A stretch of DNA of 64,000 nt from Abditibacteriaceae bacterium (GCA_965277285.1 OZ255721.1:1280001-1344000); one strand, 5' to 3'; positions 1-11,398 are shown, numbered from the stretch's first letter. The notes: generated from the letters alone by a model not told the origin. Numbers and translations are program-made.

Positions 1-65
1 ACTTTCTGAACATCTGAAAGCACTGGCAACGGATTTTCACAACTTTCTCTAATCTCCATTCGCCT

Positions 66-833
66 TCAGCGTGTTTTAGCGGCGAGGTTTCGTTCGGCAG
101 CCGACAGCGCGACGTAAAGCGGTTGCAGTGTCAAAGGATCGTCGCTGTCGCCGCGCGATAAACGTTGCGCTGCCAACAAGCCAATATGCAACGCGGCGTC
201 CTCGACATCGACGAAAATCGGCAATAATTGCGGGGAAGTCGAATGTCCCCACGATTTCACCGTTTCGCGCGACGCTTCGCCTGTCACGACGACCAACTTT
301 TCCGTGTCGATTTCTTCGCGCAAGGCTTCGCTCGATCCAACGCGTTCGCCCTGCTCGACCGTCCAATTTTCTGCGCAGGCGCGAAAAGTTTTGCTGTAAA
401 TTTCACCGGCGCGCGACGGCGCAACGACAGCGATCAAAGCGTCTTCGGTTCGAGTACTCGAAAGCGCGTGCGCCGCTTCGCTTTGACATTGTTCCCACGC
501 GGCACGCGCGATGCCATCGAAGGACGGCATGCCGATAAGTTTCCAATCGCGCGCTTGCGCCAGAGTTTTGCAGGTCGCCAGAACGACGCGCAAACTTGTC
601 CACGAACCCGGCCCCAAACCGACGGCCAGCGCTGCGACATCGCTCATTGTCCAGCCCGCGTTTTCCAACAATTGGGCCAGGCGCCACGCCAACTCGCGCG
701 ATAAGGCGCGCACATCGTCCGAACTCCAGACGGCGCGCACTTTCAAATCTGCAACTGCGTCGCTCGCGCCCGAAATCTCGAACGCCGCCAAAGCGACGCG
801 TGCGCCACTTGCTTCCACCACTAAAATGTTCAT
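66..833 (-). CDS. tsaB: tRNA threonylcarbamoyladenosine biosynthesis protein TsaB (YeaZ)
   Basis: MNILVVEAS N-terminus and AVGLGPGSWTSLRV motif typical of TsaB; adjacent to tsaE; start chosen at internal Met. Confidence 0.85.
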   Translation of the reverse strand: MNILVVEASGARVALAAFEISGASDAVADLKVRAVWSSDDVRALSRELAWRLAQLLENAGWTMSDVAALAVGLGPGSWTSLRVVLATCKTLAQARDWKLIGMPSFDGIARAAWEQCQSEAAHALSSTRTEDALIAVVAPSRAGEIYSKTFRACAENWTVEQGERVGSSEALREEIDTEKLVVVTGEASRETVKSWGHSTSPQLLPIFVDVEDAALHIGLLAAQRLSRGDSDDPLTLQPLYVALSAAERNLAAKTR

Positions 834-930
834 TGGAAATAATAAATTTAGTAAAGGTTTGCCGCTCACCACGTTGAAACGTCGCGCGAACAGGAAAAAT
901 TCTCTGCGCTGCACATTAAAGATTCGCTGT

Positions 931-1458
931 TTACCGTGTTAAACCTTCACCAAGGTTTAGTTTTGCCGCGCCGTTTTGTTTGCTGTCTTGAGAAAAGTTC
1001 TCGCACACATCGAGTACTCGATGTTCTTCGTTTGCGTCATTTTTGCCACGTCGCAGCGAGATTTCAAAGCGCGGACATGGCAAGAATTCTTCGATGCGCG
1101 ATGGCCATTCGATGATTTTGATGGCTTGGTCGCGCTCTAAAAAATCAAAAATGCCCGCATCGCTGAGCGCGTGTTCATCCAAGTTTTCCAGGCGATACGC
1201 ATCGAGATGCAGCAACGTTTGGTGTTCGCCTTGGTGTTCAACAATCAAGACGAAAGTGGGCGATACGACTTCGCTTTGGACGCCCAATCCGCGCGCTAAA
1301 CCTTGCACCAGCGTGGTTTTTCCGGCGCCCAGTTCGCCATGCAGAAAAATCAAATCGCCCTTTTTCAAACGTCGCCCCAAAGTTTCGCCCAGGCGACGCG
1401 TTTCGTCCGCGCTGTGCGACAAGAAGGTTTCGGTTTGAACGACGCTTGCTTTGGTCAT
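931..1458 (-). CDS. tsaE: tRNA threonylcarbamoyladenosine biosynthesis ATPase TsaE (YjeE)
   Basis: GELGAGKTT Walker A, SPTF, HLDAYRL and IIEW motifs. Confidence 0.93.
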   Translation of the reverse strand: MTKASVVQTETFLSHSADETRRLGETLGRRLKKGDLIFLHGELGAGKTTLVQGLARGLGVQSEVVSPTFVLIVEHQGEHQTLLHLDAYRLENLDEHALSDAGIFDFLERDQAIKIIEWPSRIEEFLPCPRFEISLRRGKNDANEEHRVLDVCENFSQDSKQNGAAKLNLGEGLTR

Positions 1459-1849
1459 TGGCGAAATTTCCTTATTTCCGTTGGCTTTTTAAGTTCCTCA
1501 AGTTGCAGCGAGTTTGTGGAACAACTTTGGTGTCGCGTCGATGAACGTCGAAAAGAAAAAGTCATCGCCGGTTCGTCGCATTGCGTCGTGTTGCATTTTG
1601 CGTTGCGCGGCTCCAGTTTGACAGTTTCTTGCGGCGTGCTTTATAATGAGGCCAATGTTCGGGAAGTTGTTGTTTGTCGAGTGACGTTACTCTGCAAAAC
1701 GGTTTCACGCCAGAGCGCAACTTTTTCGCATGAATTGGTGCGTCAACAACAACGATTTCGTTCGGTTTCAAAACGTCGCCGCGCGCCTTTGCAACTCAAG
1801 CCGTCATCAACGCCAGCACATTAACGCTATCACTTTCGGAGGCCGCACC

Positions 1850-3019
1850 ATGTTTCGTCCGCTCGGCACCAATTTCCTCGTTTCGTCCGCCCCGTTTTCC
1901 CGTTCCAGTACTCGATTTGCACTTTGCGCCCTCAGCGGCGCGTTGCTGACGACCATCGCTTTGTCGGCTCCGGCGCACGCCGACACGAACCTGACCGATG
2001 GCAGCGCTAAAACCGCATTGCCTGGCGGCGTCATCGTCGCCAAAGGTTTGCGCACAGCAGTCGTTTCAGCCACCGTCAGCGAAGGCGACGCGATTAACGC
2101 GCAACGCGCTCTCGTCGCGGCGAACACGGCGATTGCACGCACACGAGATTTTTTTCCGGTTCCAACGGCTGATGTCGCATCTGCACTTCAATCGCTGACG
2201 ACGCGCGGCGGCACCGATTTGCGATTGCCGGATGAGCGCCGCAAACTCACCAACCCAAACACGCCTTATGGTGAACCCGAACCGCTGAGCGATATTCGCA
2301 GCCCTTTGGACGCGCAGGATTTTCGTGCGTTGGGCAAAAGGCTGAAAGCGGATCGCATGATGACGGTTTATGTCACGCCAGGCGACAGCAGCGCCACCAG
2401 CGCGACTTATGGCGCCGTTGTCGAACTTTATGATACAAAAAACGGTGTTCTGGTTGGGCGCGGCGAAGGCACTTTTACCTCAATCCTCGACACGACTGCC
2501 GCGCCCGCCACATCTTCGAGCGCATCAACTGCGCCGACCAACGATGCTGGCGATGTCGTTGTTAACGGCACTGCGCGCCCCGTTTCGAGCACAACACTGG
2601 ATTTGCCGGTGCGCGCTCTGGGAGGTGCCGTATTCCGCGCCGTTCAGGAACTCAATCGCCCTATCGAATTGCGTGGAATTGTCCTCGATATGCCAGGGCC
2701 GTATCAGGCGCGTATTTCGCTTTCCGAATATAAAGGTTTGCGCAATGGCGCTCGCGTCGAATTTTTGGATGGCGACACCGTGGTCGCTTACGGCACGACT
2801 TTCAGCGTCGGAACCGGCGAGGCGCTGGTTTCTGTCGCGCCGGAAAACGCGTTTTCTTCGATCTACGTCAACATGCGCGTGCGCAACGTCAACAATCCGA
2901 CGATTGTGCGCGCCGGAAAAACCGACCGTCAACTCGACGACCAAGAATTTCGCCGCTTTGAAACGCAGTTCGCCGTCGATCTGGTCGCCGCTGGCCTGAT
3001 TACTCTGGCCGCTCGGTAG
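1850..3019 (+). CDS. Hypothetical secreted protein
   Basis: Long ORF; GGAGG before ATG 1850; signal-peptide-like segment ending APAHA. Confidence 0.7.
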   Translation: MFRPLGTNFLVSSAPFSRSSTRFALCALSGALLTTIALSAPAHADTNLTDGSAKTALPGGVIVAKGLRTAVVSATVSEGDAINAQRALVAANTAIARTRDFFPVPTADVASALQSLTTRGGTDLRLPDERRKLTNPNTPYGEPEPLSDIRSPLDAQDFRALGKRLKADRMMTVYVTPGDSSATSATYGAVVELYDTKNGVLVGRGEGTFTSILDTTAAPATSSSASTAPTNDAGDVVVNGTARPVSSTTLDLPVRALGGAVFRAVQELNRPIELRGIVLDMPGPYQARISLSEYKGLRNGARVEFLDGDTVVAYGTTFSVGTGEALVSVAPENAFSSIYVNMRVRNVNNPTIVRAGKTDRQLDDQEFRRFETQFAVDLVAAGLITLAAR

Positions 3020-3184
3020 CCGCTCGGGAAACGTTTCCTCAATATCGAGTACTCGAATCGCAGGCCGCGCTTGTTCATTGCGTGGCCTGCGATTTTTGTT
3101 TTGTGTTTTTAAAGGCAACGCGTGTTTTTCTCTGAAAGCGTTTAAGAACCTGCTTTTAGTTGTATTTAACCCAATAGTTGTATT

Positions 3185-3365
3185 TAACCCAAGTTGCCAC
3201 CTAACTATTGCCTGCGAGTGAACTCGCGGCTCAACCGCCTGCGGCGGCAGCGGCGGCCTGCGCCGACGCCAGAATGCTTCCCATGTTGCGTCGGCGCAGG
3301 CCGATCCGCCCAAAGGGCACCCGAGCCGCGAGTTCACTCGCAGGGCATGGTAGCAACTTGGGTTA
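3185..3365. repeat. MITE-like palindromic element, family B copy 1
   Basis: Terminal IRs TAACCCAAGTTGCCACC / GGTAGCAACTTGGGTTA; internal IR GCGAGTGAACTCGCGGCTC; related copies at 11554 and 48945. Confidence 0.8.
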
Positions 3366-3410
3366 GTTATGAGATGGCTTTCAACGTTGGTTCGTCAAAA
3401 TGGCGTCAAC

Positions 3411-4535
3411 TTAGAAATGCGTCCACGCGCGCGGCGCGGTTATTTCGTGGCCTGTTTTATCCAGTAAGACGACGCGGTTTTCGCTCGCTCCCCTTTGATT
3501 CTTGGCGCTTTCGATGCAGCGCCCAATGATTGTCGCGCGCGTGCCGGTTTGTCTTGCGATATTGAGCGCCGTTTCCACCGCGACTTCAGGCGCCACGCAC
3601 AACAATAATTCGTAATCTTCGCCGCCGCTCAACGCCCAATGCAGCGCTTTATCGAGTACTCGATTCGCGTTTCCAATTGCACTTTCAGCAGCGTTTCCCG
3701 TCGCACTTTCAGCCGCCAATTGAGCGGTTCCGCGGCACGCGTAGGAAATTGGCAGCTTGTTCGTTTTGATTTGCAGCGAAACACCCGAAGTGCGCGCGAT
3801 GTGCGCTGCATCACCGGCCAAACCATCAGATAAATCGAGCGCGGCGCGCACGCCACCGAGCGAAAGCGCGGCTTGCATTTCATCAAGGCGCGCCGTTGGA
3901 TCGAGATGACGCTGCAACAACCACTCGCGCGTCGCGGCAGTTACATTGGACGCAGGATTTTGCAGCAACCACAATCCCGCCGCCGCATCGCCCAAACTGC
4001 CCGTCACAATCAGAACGTCGCCAATGCGCGCCCCACTGCGTAAAATCGGCGTGGCCGAAGTTTCTGATACGCCTTCGCTAACGCTCGCAATTGCACTTTC
4101 ACTTGCGCCTTCGCCAACCAGCGTGATGTTGATGAACAAGGGGCCGGGAGAACGCGACGTATCGCCGCCCGCGATGGTGAAGCCAAAGCGCGCCGCGATT
4201 TCTTCCAGGCCGCCGTAAAATTCATCCCAGAAATCGAGGCCGAGATGAGCGGGAATCGCCAGCGAAACAAAGGCCGCAACAGGCTGCGCGCCCATCGCTG
4301 CCAGGTCGGAAACATTGACGGACAAAGCCTTGCGACCTAATTGGCGCGGCGAACTCCAATCGAATCGGAAATGAATGTTTTCGACCAGGCAATCGCACGT
4401 CACGACGGGCGCGCGCAAAGTTTCCAGGACAGACGCATCATCGCCGATGCCAACGACAACACCGCCGCGAACGCTTAGCGCACGATTCTGGCGCGCGATC
4501 CAGCCAAATTCGCCCAACGCTTGCAAATCGCTCAT
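3411..4535 (-). CDS. thiL: Thiamine-monophosphate kinase
   Basis: GEFGWI, GIGDDA, NVSDLAAMGA, GGDT, DLSDGL and GGEDYELL motifs. Confidence 0.93.
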   Translation of the reverse strand: MSDLQALGEFGWIARQNRALSVRGGVVVGIGDDASVLETLRAPVVTCDCLVENIHFRFDWSSPRQLGRKALSVNVSDLAAMGAQPVAAFVSLAIPAHLGLDFWDEFYGGLEEIAARFGFTIAGGDTSRSPGPLFINITLVGEGASESAIASVSEGVSETSATPILRSGARIGDVLIVTGSLGDAAAGLWLLQNPASNVTAATREWLLQRHLDPTARLDEMQAALSLGGVRAALDLSDGLAGDAAHIARTSGVSLQIKTNKLPISYACRGTAQLAAESATGNAAESAIGNANRVLDKALHWALSGGEDYELLLCVAPEVAVETALNIARQTGTRATIIGRCIESAKNQRGASENRVVLLDKTGHEITAPRAWTHF

Positions 4536-4783
4536 AAGAAAACTGTTGCTTGCCAGGGAATTGCGGCCAGCGCAAATCAAATACGCCCATCGAGTACTCG
4601 GTACGCGATCAGAGGGCAGCCGCGTTCGTTAATTCTTCTAAGCCGACAATTCGCCCGCAAAAGCGCGCGCCTGCAAACTGGCAAACCACGCATCCAATTC
4701 CAATAATGAGGCCCGCGCTCGACTTTGAATCGCTTCGCTTGAATTGCAGCGCATCACTCTTCTTCAATTAGCGAACTCGTCGT

Positions 4784-5584
4784 TTATTCCGCGGGTTCGT
4801 CAACAGCACTTTCGTTGATGCGCGCCACGAGTTCGCGCGTTGCAGTGAGCATTTGTGCTTCGTCGCGCGCGTTGCTGAGCGCCGAAACGACGCACACCAT
4901 TTGAGCACCGGCGCGCAAACATTCGGCGATGTTGCTCAAACCAACCCCGCCAATGGCAGCGACCGGCAAAGTTGTGGCACGCGCGATTTCGCGCAGACCT
5001 TGCAGCCCGATCGGTTCGCCCGCATCGCTTTTGGTTTTTGTGGCGAACACGGCGCCCGCGCCAATCGTGTCCGCGCCATTGGCAGCGGCGCGGCGCGCTT
5101 CTTCCGCGCTACCGCACGACGCGCCGATAATTCCGTGCGGCATCAAGTGACGCACCTGAGAAATTGGCCAATCGTCCGGCCCTAAATGCACGCCATCCGC
5201 GCCCGCAGCCAACGCCAATTCCACGCGGTCGTTGATCAAAAATAAAGCGCCACAGCTTTGCGCCATGACAACAATTTCGCGCGCTACTGGCAATAATTGC
5301 GCGTCCGACGCCGTTTTGTCGCGCAGTTGTAGCACGCGCGCGCCGCCCTGCAACACGGCGCGCGCCATCGCCAGATGTCCGCCCGGCGCACTCGCATCCG
5401 TCACCACATAAAGGCCGCGCAAACGTTTATGGACGAGTTCACGTTTGCTTTCAACGGCATCAACGGTGGCTTCTTCTTCTACAAAATCGGCTACGAAATC
5501 GACATTGGGCTTCATGCCTTGCAGTATGACATCTACAAGTGAAAAGGCGTCTGGCAACTTTGGAGCAGGACAGTGTTTGCTCAT
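4784..5584 (-). CDS. thiE: Thiamine-phosphate synthase (start uncertain, N-terminal extension)
   Basis: LYVVTD, QLRDK, INDRV, GVHLG, TKTK and AIGG motifs. Confidence 0.9.
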   Translation of the reverse strand: MSKHCPAPKLPDAFSLVDVILQGMKPNVDFVADFVEEEATVDAVESKRELVHKRLRGLYVVTDASAPGGHLAMARAVLQGGARVLQLRDKTASDAQLLPVAREIVVMAQSCGALFLINDRVELALAAGADGVHLGPDDWPISQVRHLMPHGIIGASCGSAEEARRAAANGADTIGAGAVFATKTKSDAGEPIGLQGLREIARATTLPVAAIGGVGLSNIAECLRAGAQMVCVVSALSNARDEAQMLTATRELVARINESAVDEPAE

Positions 5585-5840
5585 TCATTGATATCAATTT
5601 GACACCAAGTTTCGAGCGACGTATATCGAGTACTCGATAAGCGCAAATTGTGGAATACCAAAGCGTCACACGATGAAGAGCGGCGTAACAATGCCGAAAT
5701 TTAGAAACGTTGCGCCGTTGCCTGTCCGTTCGGGAACGTGGTAAAGTTGCACTGCTTTAGTCGCCCAAACCATTTGCGCCACGGAACTTCGCGTCGTATC
5801 TTCGATTGTTTTTGTTCATTTTTCGTTTTTTGTTCGCGTT

Positions 5841-7070
5841 ATGGAACATTCACTGATTCGCATTCTTCCGGTTGGCCTGAGCGAGCCGTTGCCCGACGAT
5901 TGGGACGCGAGCCAACCTGGGTTTTTGATGGAAGTCGTGTCCAACGTCGAAGACCCTGCGACATTGGGCGCGATTGTGGCCGACATTGAGCCGGACGTGA
6001 TCGTGATCGATGCCGATTCTCCCAAGGGCGATGCCTTTGAGTGGACGCGCGCCGCTCTCGCCGTGCAGCCTGGTCTGGCGATTATTTTATTATCGCGCGA
6101 TGCTTCGCCCGAAGCGGAACGCCGCGCCATGCTCGCGGGCGCTGAAGAAATCTTGAGCAAACAGCTTGATGGCGCGCGCATCAACGCGGCTATCATCGAA
6201 GTCGCGTCGCATCGCACCTTGCGACAAGTTCAACTGACGCCCGTCACCGATAATGCCGCGCTACCAAATTCGACCAGCGCCGCCAACATGAACGGTCGCA
6301 TTATCGGCGTGGCGGCGGGAAAAGGCGGCCTGGGGAAAACGACAATCGCCGCGAACCTGGCGTTGCTGGCGGCTAAAGCGCAAAAAAGCGCTGCCCTGGT
6401 CGGTTTAGATACGGGCGATGCCGCGATTTTGTTGAATCTGCAGCCGCGTTTGGGTTTGATCGACTTGGCGGCTGGTTCAACCGAAAACAACTCGTATAAC
6501 GGCGAATGGATCAAGCAATTTGCGACGCGCCATAAAAGCGGCTTACAATATTGGACTTGGAGCGGTATGGGGACGCAGGCCACGAGCGCGCTGCCGGAAA
6601 ACTTTTTCGAGCTGATGTTCGCCGCACTGCGCGACGCTTTTGCCATTACGGTAATTGATTTTCCGACGCTGTCGCCCGAAGAAGCCGCTTCAGTTTTGCC
6701 TTTGCTCGATGCGATTATTGTCGTATCGTCGACCAGCGATTTATTGGCAGTGCGCTCAACCAAAACGTTTTTGGATGTCGTCGATGCAAGCGCGCCAGCG
6801 AATACTTATGTCGTCATCAATCGCGCCGATGCGGGCGACATGATTACTCGTGAAGATTTCGAATTGACACTGGGGCGCAAAGTGACGGGCGTCATCACCA
6901 ATCAACCCTCATTAACCGCCGAAGCGATCAACATGGGAGCACCCGTGGTGTTAATGCAGCCGCAAAGCCACATCGCCGCCGATTTGCGTGAACTCGCGCA
7001 CACCGTGCTGGGAGTCAGTGTTCAAAGCGTGGCCGAACCAAAGAAAAAACTGTTCGGACTTTTCGGCTGA
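5841..7070 (+). CDS. cpaE: Flp/Tad pilus assembly protein CpaE/TadZ-like (atypical receiver plus MinD/ParA ATPase)
   Basis: Receiver-like N-terminus, deviant Walker A GKGGLGKTT, C-terminal KKKLFGLF amphipathic tail; upstream of cpaC and cpaB. Confidence 0.75.
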   Translation: MEHSLIRILPVGLSEPLPDDWDASQPGFLMEVVSNVEDPATLGAIVADIEPDVIVIDADSPKGDAFEWTRAALAVQPGLAIILLSRDASPEAERRAMLAGAEEILSKQLDGARINAAIIEVASHRTLRQVQLTPVTDNAALPNSTSAANMNGRIIGVAAGKGGLGKTTIAANLALLAAKAQKSAALVGLDTGDAAILLNLQPRLGLIDLAAGSTENNSYNGEWIKQFATRHKSGLQYWTWSGMGTQATSALPENFFELMFAALRDAFAITVIDFPTLSPEEAASVLPLLDAIIVVSSTSDLLAVRSTKTFLDVVDASAPANTYVVINRADAGDMITREDFELTLGRKVTGVITNQPSLTAEAINMGAPVVLMQPQSHIAADLRELAHTVLGVSVQSVAEPKKKLFGLFG

Positions 7071-7466
7071 AACTTTTCGGTCAAAGTCGTTTGTAATGAA
7101 TTCGAGTACTGGAAAGTGCCGGTTTTTAGCATTTCCCGATGGCTCGCCTTCGCAGCATTTCTTTTGTTTAACGTGCGTATTTGACAAAAGAGAATATTAT
7201 CGGTCACAATGGCATCGTCGTTCATGCCGGTTGTGCAAAACGCCAGAAAGGAAAGGCCGATGGTCTGCAAATTTTATGCGCAAAGCGGCCTTTTCTGATG
7301 AAAGCGTTTGTCAAACGTGGAATAAAATCGCAGTAAGTGCAATGAAGAAGGTGCGACGAACGTGCAGAAACAGTCGGCGCTACACAATCAATGCAACGCA
7401 GTCAATACAATGCCGTATCAGGCCCGTTGTTAAAGCCAGCCTCTTTTCATCTCAAGGAGAAACCCG

Positions 7467-10244
7467 ATGAACAGGACGGACTCTCATCAATTCCACACGG
7501 AAACAGATCCGCCGTCTGGCGCCCGTTCGCCGCTCGATCTGAACGACCAATTTTCGCCACGCGCCCAGGCGCAGCGCGATCTACGCCACACCGTTTTTCT
7601 GACAGCTTTGGTAGCCGCCGCGTTTTGCACGGCCTCGCCGCAAGCTTTCGCCGACAGCACCAGTTCCGCGTCCCCGACGACAGCGGTTGCGGCGTCTAAA
7701 GCGACATCAACACACCGAAAAAGGGTGATGATGGTGCTGGAAAGCCCGATGGCGCCCGCACAAATGGCATCCACACAAAATGCACCGGCCAAAACCAAGT
7801 TCAATTCGAGTACTCGAAATATCGAGCGCAAAAACAGCACCTCGAAGAAAGTGTCCGCGAAGATTTCAAGAAATGCGCAATTGACGCAGCTTTCTTTGCC
7901 GCCCGCGATGCCGGTTGTAACAGCCAATGCTTCGGTTGCCAGCGCGCCCAAAGTGTTTCGTGGCATAAATGCAAATGCCGCATCAACGAAGACGCGCTTG
8001 GCGCGATTGGACGCGACAGATCGCTCGGTTGCGATTTCGCCGCTGCAAGATAAGGCAGCGCTCGCCAAAGTCAGCGTGGGCATGCGCAAAATCATCACGG
8101 TTTCGTCGCTGCAACAATTGCCGCCCGCGACGCAGCCTTTGCCGATGATGTACAACAACAGCCGCCGCGCTTCGGTGGTCTCTGTCGGTTTCGATGCGCC
8201 CTCCAACAGCTCGCGCGCCGAAAGCAGCGTTTCGACCAATATGCCAATGCCTGCAGCACAGCGCACGATGAGTGCGATGGGAATGAGTTCGAGCGGCATG
8301 GCGAATCAATTGGAAGTGGCGGCGGGAACTTTCGTCGTTCTGCAAACCGCCACCGACCTGGATACGGTTGCCGTCGCCGATCCGTCGATTGCCGATGTCG
8401 CAGTCGTCAATTCGCGCGCCGTGTTGGTGAACGGAAAAATTCCCGGCGTAACCAGCCTGGTCATCGTTGACCGCGAAAAGATTCGCCAATATCAAGTTCG
8501 CGTTTTGCCCGCGCCAGGAACGCTGCCACGCGATATTGCGGCGCAGATCGGCTTGCCCGGCGTGACGGTGCGCCAGGTACGTGATGCGATCGTGCTGGAC
8601 GGCGAAGTCAACAGCACGGAAGATGCGCGCCGCGCGGTCGAAATCGCCGGTATTTATTCCAAGAAAGTCGTTTCGCAGTTAACGGTGCGCGGCGTTCCGA
8701 CTGACGACGCCGCAGTTGCCGGACAAATTCAAGGCGTCATCGGCTTGCCCAACGTTTCGGTTTCCTTGCTGGGCGACACGGTTTTGCTGCAGGGCACGGT
8801 GGATACGCCCGCGCAACGCCAGCGCTCCGAAACCATCGCTGGCGCGACCGGCAAAAAAGTCTTAAACCTGATCGAGTTGCCCACTTTGACGCTCGACCAA
8901 GTCCAGGCCGCTATCGGCACGCCGCCGCAAAACCAATCGACGACTGATGGCGGACTGACTTCCGATACAATTGATCCGACTTCAATTACAGCGCGCCAAG
9001 TCGGCGACCAAATTATTCTCGAAGGCAACGCGCTTGACCAGGAGCGCAAAGATCAGGCGGAAGCTGTCGCGGCACGCACTGGATTGCAGGTCATCAATCG
9101 CATCAAGGTTTTGCCGCCGATTCCAGCCGAAGTCCGCGTGCTGCAAGGCATCACGACGGCGATTGGCATTCCAGGCGTGACAGCTTACGGTAGTCCGAAG
9201 CGCTTGGTGTTGCGCGGCACGGTCGCCGACAGCAACGTGGCAATCGCCGCGGAGCAGATCGCGCGCTCGTATGCGGCGCAAGTCGATAATATGCTGCAAA
9301 CGCCGAATCCGATTGAAGTCAACGTCGATATTCAAATCGTGGAACTCAATTCCAACGTCGCGCGCCAGTTGGGTGTGCAATATGGTTCGGTTGCACTGAC
9401 GCAAAATACGACAGCTCCATCAACCACGATAACGAATGGTGTCCCATTTACAGTCCCAGGAGTGACGACAACGACGACGAACAACGTCTTTCAACAAGGC
9501 ATCCTTTCAGCAGGCAACGGCTTCTTCGGCGGCCAAGGACTTCGAGTACTCGATGCCTTCCGCGCTCGCTTGAACGCGCTGTATTCGGACGGTTCGGCGC
9601 GCTTGTTGTCGAATCCGCGCACCACCGTTTTGTCGGGACGGACGGCGACGTTTCAGGTCGGCGGCCAAGTGCCAATTCCCAGTGGAAATACGACAAATCA
9701 AAGCGGTACATCGACGACAATTGTCTTCAAAGACTTCGGTATTTTGATGGACGTGATTCCGGTGGCCAATGCCAATGGCGTGGTGACGATGCGGTTGCGC
9801 ACGGAAGTTTCGCAGCCCGACCCAACGCTGGGTATCATTCCTCCGGGTGGCGGCGGCCTGATTCCGGGCTTCTCGCGCCGCTCGACGGACACCGAAGTCA
9901 CAGTTGAACCGAATGGGACGCTGGCATTGGGTGGCCTGATTCAAAACAACATCACAAAAACGATCAGCAAAGTGCCGATTTTAGGCGACATCCCGATCTT
10001 AGGTTCACTGTTCCGCAGCAAGCAATTCCAGCGCAACCAAACCGAGTTGGTCATTTTTGTGACTCCTCACGTCTTGGCCAACCCGCTGACGCCTGGACAA
10101 ACCGCTTTCGTCGGAGCCTTCGCGGCGGGCAACAACAGCAACCAGGCCACTACACTGGGCAATCCTGGTATTGCTTCGTTCAATACCGGCGAATCAATTG
10201 TTCCGACAACCGGTTCCGGCTCGTCTGGCGGAGGCGCGCAGTAA
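7467..10244 (+). CDS. cpaC: Flp pilus secretin CpaC/RcpA with pilus-formation N-domain and multiple BON domains
   Basis: VAVADPSIADV...GVTSL N-domain, repeated BON-like segments, secretin C-terminus LGGLIQ...VPILGDIPILGSLFRS...TELVIFVTP. Confidence 0.88.
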   Translation: MNRTDSHQFHTETDPPSGARSPLDLNDQFSPRAQAQRDLRHTVFLTALVAAAFCTASPQAFADSTSSASPTTAVAASKATSTHRKRVMMVLESPMAPAQMASTQNAPAKTKFNSSTRNIERKNSTSKKVSAKISRNAQLTQLSLPPAMPVVTANASVASAPKVFRGINANAASTKTRLARLDATDRSVAISPLQDKAALAKVSVGMRKIITVSSLQQLPPATQPLPMMYNNSRRASVVSVGFDAPSNSSRAESSVSTNMPMPAAQRTMSAMGMSSSGMANQLEVAAGTFVVLQTATDLDTVAVADPSIADVAVVNSRAVLVNGKIPGVTSLVIVDREKIRQYQVRVLPAPGTLPRDIAAQIGLPGVTVRQVRDAIVLDGEVNSTEDARRAVEIAGIYSKKVVSQLTVRGVPTDDAAVAGQIQGVIGLPNVSVSLLGDTVLLQGTVDTPAQRQRSETIAGATGKKVLNLIELPTLTLDQVQAAIGTPPQNQSTTDGGLTSDTIDPTSITARQVGDQIILEGNALDQERKDQAEAVAARTGLQVINRIKVLPPIPAEVRVLQGITTAIGIPGVTAYGSPKRLVLRGTVADSNVAIAAEQIARSYAAQVDNMLQTPNPIEVNVDIQIVELNSNVARQLGVQYGSVALTQNTTAPSTTITNGVPFTVPGVTTTTTNNVFQQGILSAGNGFFGGQGLRVLDAFRARLNALYSDGSARLLSNPRTTVLSGRTATFQVGGQVPIPSGNTTNQSGTSTTIVFKDFGILMDVIPVANANGVVTMRLRTEVSQPDPTLGIIPPGGGGLIPGFSRRSTDTEVTVEPNGTLALGGLIQNNITKTISKVPILGDIPILGSLFRSKQFQRNQTELVIFVTPHVLANPLTPGQTAFVGAFAAGNNSNQATTLGNPGIASFNTGESIVPTTGSGSSGGGAQ

Positions 10245-10302
10245 AGGCGCGTTGCACCTAATTCACGAAGCTGAACGAAGTTGAACAAGGAGAACATCAA
10301 CA

Positions 10303-11370
10303 ATGCAAAGAAACAGGCTTCCCATCATCGGGCTGATAATCTTTGGAGTGCTGGCCCTGGGCTTGACTGCCCTCGCGCTGCTTGGCGGCAACAAAGGCAC
10401 AACACCGGCGCCCGCGCCTGTAGAAAACGCTTCTGTCGCCCCTGCTCCAGCGCCCACGCCTTCCACGAAAACCGTGGTCGCGCAAACTGACATTGCGCCG
10501 CGCACCATGATCACGCGCGAAATGCTGACGACTATGGACACGCCAAACGCTCCGGCGGGCGCGTTCACCAGCCTCGATCAGGTCGTTGGACGCCTGGCGT
10601 CCTCGCCCATCAGCGCCAACTCGCCGATTAGTTCGGACAACGTGACTTTGCCAATTCAGCGCAAAGTGCCCGCCGATTTCGAGGTGCCACAAGGCTTGCG
10701 CGCCGTCGCCATCTATGTCGATCCGGCGCAGACTGCAGCGGGCCTGGTTGATAAAGGCGATCACGTCGATGTCATTGCGACCTACAAAATGACGATCGAC
10801 AAGCAGGACACCGATTATTACACGCAGGTTTACACTGGTTCTAAAGCTTACACGTTGAGCCGCACAGTCGCGCAGAATTTACTCGTCATCGGCGTGGATC
10901 CGTCGTTGCTGGCTCCGCCGCCGACACCCGTTGCGACTCCGGGCCAAGCCGCTTTAGGTGCCGTGACGCCTCCTGCAGCAACACCGACGCCAACGCCTGG
11001 CGCGCCCTCAAAAATCCGCGTCCTGCTGGCCGCCACGCCCGCTATCGCCGAACGCCTGGTTGCCGCCAACGATGCCGGAACGTTGCACTTGACCGTGCGC
11101 GGCGCCAATTCCAGTGAGCAATTGGCCATTGGCGAAGCGCGCGAATATCCGACCAACTTGTATAACGTGCGCAAAAAGCAAACGGTGTCCTCCGGTGGCG
11201 CACCCGTCAATGTTTCCTCTCCGCCGCGGTCGGAGCCGATGATGCCATCGCCTGTAGCGCCCGTGACCATTCCAAAGGAAGGGCCCTCGAATCCTTTGCC
11301 TTCCGGCTCGCAAGTCACCGTGATTCGTGGAACCGACAAAACCAACGTCAACGTTCCTCTCAGTCCGTAA
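10303..11370 (+). CDS. cpaB: Flp pilus assembly protein CpaB/RcpC
   Basis: N-terminal TM, SAF domain (VVAQTDIAPRTMIT), GLRAVAI...AGLVDKGDHVDVI. Confidence 0.88.
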   Translation: MQRNRLPIIGLIIFGVLALGLTALALLGGNKGTTPAPAPVENASVAPAPAPTPSTKTVVAQTDIAPRTMITREMLTTMDTPNAPAGAFTSLDQVVGRLASSPISANSPISSDNVTLPIQRKVPADFEVPQGLRAVAIYVDPAQTAAGLVDKGDHVDVIATYKMTIDKQDTDYYTQVYTGSKAYTLSRTVAQNLLVIGVDPSLLAPPPTPVATPGQAALGAVTPPAATPTPTPGAPSKIRVLLAATPAIAERLVAANDAGTLHLTVRGANSSEQLAIGEAREYPTNLYNVRKKQTVSSGGAPVNVSSPPRSEPMMPSPVAPVTIPKEGPSNPLPSGSQVTVIRGTDKTNVNVPLSP

Positions 11371-11398
11371 AATCAGATCGTAAAACCTTCGCCGCAAC

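Noticed and set aside
2525..3529. ORFs with MVATWV / VNSRL peptides (also 11563-11775 and 48675-48962)
   Set aside because: These are translations of the family B repeat, not genes.
7181..7210. Promoter TTGACA-N18-CACAAT upstream of cpaC
   Set aside because: The -10 is weak and the spacing suboptimal; not enough support.
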